Of a DNA stretch of 64,000 nucleotides, positions 63,365 to 64,000 are shown one piece after another (position 1 is the stretch's first letter; each line of letters starts with the position of its first letter). Location of the stretch: positions 5,052,201 through 5,116,200 of the forward strand of contig NC_092679.1 of NCBI RefSeq assembly GCF_964355755.1, read 5' to 3'. The position numbers and the translations under genes are program-made. The stretch is from Antedon mediterranea (Eukaryota > Animalia > Echinodermata). Under the pieces are notes generated by a model. The model was not told the DNA's origin, ran no database searches, and saw only the letters and a program-made list of their open reading frames with translations.

Positions 63365-63560
63365 AGCTTGGTTCCCACTAGAACGTAACGCAAGGACGTA
63401 AACGCAACGCAAGCGTTTTAACCAATGACAAGCGAAGTTATAGACAGTTAGCAATCACAAGCGAATAAGCCATCGCTTGTGAATAAGCCATCGCTTGTGA
63501 TTGGTCAATTCACTTGCGTTGCGTACGTCCTTGTGTTGCGTCGCTAGTGGGAACCACGCT
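63365..63560. mobile_element. MITE family A1 with a small internal duplication
   Basis: Full TIRs, flanks TGA/TAA. Confidence 0.85.
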
Positions 63561-63732
63561 TAACATTCCAACATTTATAAATTATATGACCTAGTTAATG
63601 GATTTAGAAGTAACAGTATGTAGGCCTACTACTACGGATGCAATAGACGCCAGGACACACATTTTCTTTCTTAATGAAAAACACAAATTTAGGAAGCGAT
63701 AGATTAAAGAAATCTAACCGTTGTGAGCTTAC

Positions 63733-63858
63733 CCGTCTTCGGCGATAGCTGGTATCGTCACTTGCATTCGACGACGAAACACTGGAATTGGACAATTCGA
63801 TCGGGACGAAGATACTCTTACGGTGGACATGTTGAATAGGATTCAATCTACTTGGTTT
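63733..63858 (-). CDS. Candidate 126-nt exon (upstream exon of the WD40 gene or of a neighbouring gene)
   Basis: Strong acceptor TTTTGTTTTTCACAG| and donor CGG|GTAAGC; open frame KPSRLNPIQHVHRKS..RRRR; connection to the exon at 62003 not resolved. Confidence 0.45.
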
Positions 63859-64000
63859 CTGTGAAAAACAAAAGACAATCGGTAACCAATATAGTACTTC
63901 ATTGAATAATTTTGGAGCGAAATTAATTAAAAATGCAAATAATGATTATCGGATAAATGAAAACAATTATAAAAAAAACAGTTTTTTAAAGGTTTTTTAT

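Overview
AT-rich, intron-rich eukaryotic DNA, most likely from an invertebrate animal; the taxon cannot be fixed from sequence alone. Two spliced protein-coding genes lie on the minus strand. (1) A 3-exon, 154-aa globin (CDS 16837->5412) with the canonical B12.2 and G7.0 introns. (2) A 22-exon, ~1305-aa protein with two EF-hands and WD40 repeats (WDR49/EFCAB8/WDR64/WDY-like; CDS 62003->31397, 5' end uncertain). Introns of the WD40 gene carry ten tRNA-Arg(TCG)-type genes: an 8-copy tandem array filling one intron (one edge copy has its anticodon shifted to TTG, the other has a damaged B-box) and two solo antisense copies. The ~14 kb between the genes is almost all repeat: a hairpin-rich satellite interrupted by an 11.3-kb modular satellite built on an 11-6-11 palindrome and bracketed by Helentron-associated (HINE/DINE-1-like) ends. 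Non-autonomous DNA transposons are abundant. The dominant MITE family has TWA flanks that usually differ at the central base, and empty-site paralogs inside the window confirm this. There are also TTAA-flanked MITEs, two TATGG..CCATA elements with 6-bp TSDs (IS3EU-like), SINE remnants and minisatellites. No CRISPR array, rRNA or intact transposase ORF was seen. All coordinates and counts were read by eye.
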